Assembly: GCA_050485885.1 (NCBI GenBank)
Contig: JBJHCG010000005.1
Coordinates: 81,635-145,634 of the forward strand
Direction: 5' to 3'
From: Gemmatimonadales bacterium
Lineage (GTDB): Bacteria > Gemmatimonadota > Gemmatimonadetes > Longimicrobiales > Gaopeijiaceae
DNA: 64,000 nucleotides
The notes below the pieces were generated by a model. The model saw nothing but the letters and a program-made list of their open reading frames with translations. It was not told the DNA's origin and did no database searches. Numbering within the stretch: position 1 is the first letter of the stretch; each line of letters opens with the position of its first letter. Below are positions 63,210-64,000 of this stretch, piece after piece. The translations under genes and the position numbers were made by a program.

Positions 63210-64000
63210 TCAGAGCCCCCGCAGGTAGCTCACCTTGAGGAGGATCTGGCGGTCACGGGGCCCGTCCAGGCCCCGATCCGGGAAGAGGGTGGATTCCACC
63301 GGGCGGCCGTCGTTCACCACGAGGTGGACGAAGGAGAGCGGGGCGAACTCCCAGGAGAATCGCGCATTCAGAACGCCCGTTCCCGCCGCCGTGTTGTGCT
63401 GGTAGAAGGCGAATAGCTGGGTTCGGGCATTGAGGGAGACCCGAAGTTCAGGCGCCACCAGGTGGGTTGAAGCCGCGCCGGACTCGGGTCCCAGCCCCGT
63501 GATCCGGTTTCCCTGGTACCGAAGCCCGAAGGCGACGTGGGGAAGCGGAACGGCCTGGAGTGCCACGCTCAGATCCTGCAGCTCCCCATCGAAATACCCC
63601 CCCGTCGAACCCTCCACCGAAGCGGAGAGGCGGGCACTCGGATCCGTCCGGTAGAAGACGGAGGTGCGGGCAAACCGGTAGGACCCGGGGGCCACCACGA
63701 GGCCGGGAAGGGGGGAGAAGGGGCCCTGGAGCTCCTGGCGGTTCGGCTCCCACTGGAACCGGAACTCGCCTCCATCGCGAAAGGCGATCACTACCGGCCG
63801 AAGCCTCACATACCCCTCCTCGAAGCGGAGATCGGACGCGCGGTGGTGCATGAAGAGGGAGACGGCGGGGCGCAGCGCGAGCACAGGGCCCGGGAGCCAG
63901 TCCGGTCGGAAGTCGAGCGATGCCGCAGGACTCGTGGTCACGAGGTCCGTTCGAGGCACGAAGCCGGTACGGGGCCGGTAGCCGGGCGAGATCCAGCGCT
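63210..64000 (-). CDS. hypothetical outer-membrane-like protein, 5'-partial (runs off window end)
   Basis: This minus-strand ORF stops at 63210 and its reading frame stays open to the window edge. It is beta-strand rich and ends ...KVSYLRGL. Confidence 0.4.
   Translation of the reverse strand, partial: RWISPGYRPRTGFVPRTDLVTTSPAASLDFRPDWLPGPVLALRPAVSLFMHHRASDLRFEEGYVRLRPVVIAFRDGGEFRFQWEPNRQELQGPFSPLPGLVVAPGSYRFARTSVFYRTDPSARLSASVEGSTGGYFDGELQDLSVALQAVPLPHVAFGLRYQGNRITGLGPESGAASTHLVAPELRVSLNARTQLFAFYQHNTAAGTGVLNARFSWEFAPLSFVHLVVNDGRPVESTLFPDRGLDGPRDRQILLKVSYLRGL

Noticed and set aside
1-64000. CRISPR arrays, insertion sequences, integrases, restriction-modification or toxin-antitoxin modules
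   Set aside because: I saw no regularly spaced identical repeats of CRISPR size, no transposase/integrase-like ORFs (DDE, tyrosine recombinase R..H..R..Y) and no obvious defense-system ATPase or nuclease signatures. The repeat arrays at 44640..44810 and 51160..51495 are irregular and intergenic-regulatory in character.

Overview
This is a GC-rich bacterial chromosomal segment (roughly 70% GC by eye, strong GC3 codon bias) with dense coding on both strands. I support 43 protein-coding genes and found no rRNA, tRNA, CRISPR array, integrase or transposase. Most of the six-frame ORFs are spurious Arg/Pro/Gly-rich antisense or off-frame readings, which is typical at this GC level.

Real content, 5' to 3':
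- The tail of a PGA exopolysaccharide operon, pgaB (5'-partial), pgaC and pgaD.
- A convergent non-cyanobacterial cyanophycin cluster, cphB-cphA-cphA'.
- A lipoprotein / outer-membrane beta-barrel divergent pair.
- A BlaI repressor, then a BlaR1-like M56 signal peptidase whose C-terminus carries a TonB-receptor plug-like domain instead of a penicillin-binding sensor, then an epoxide-hydrolase-like alpha/beta hydrolase.
- A DEAD-box helicase with a long leader region.
- A secreted amidohydrolase, a beta-barrel protein and a choloylglycine-type Ntn hydrolase.
- A probable operon of a small membrane protein, an SLC12-like transporter, an NlpE/META lipoprotein and a 1079-aa uncharacterized secreted protein.
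- A PafA-like phosphatase, an orphan TPP enzyme, and an NfeD-flotillin pair.
- Two beta-lactamase-fold proteins; one of them has its catalytic Lys and Asn replaced (S-M-T-R and Y-G-M).
- A Tat-exported NAD epimerase, a TPR membrane protein, a VOC protein and a lipoprotein built of two stand-alone plug-like repeats.
- AqpZ, a DinB-like protein, and a penicillin-acylase-family lipoprotein with a long C-terminal extension and an upstream tandem-repeat array.
- An ECF sigma / FecR / STN-domain SusC / SusD locus directly followed by S9 and M14 peptidases, which reads as a peptide-targeting PUL.

SusC/SusD, STN-coupled TonB receptors and ECF/FecR pairs suggest an FCB-superphylum organism, for example Gemmatimonadota- or Rhodothermota-like at this GC. 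That placement is inference only.

The most novel-looking items are the BlaI / BlaR1-plug fusion / hydrolase module together with the free-standing plug-repeat lipoprotein, the large uncharacterized secreted protein module, and the peptide PUL.
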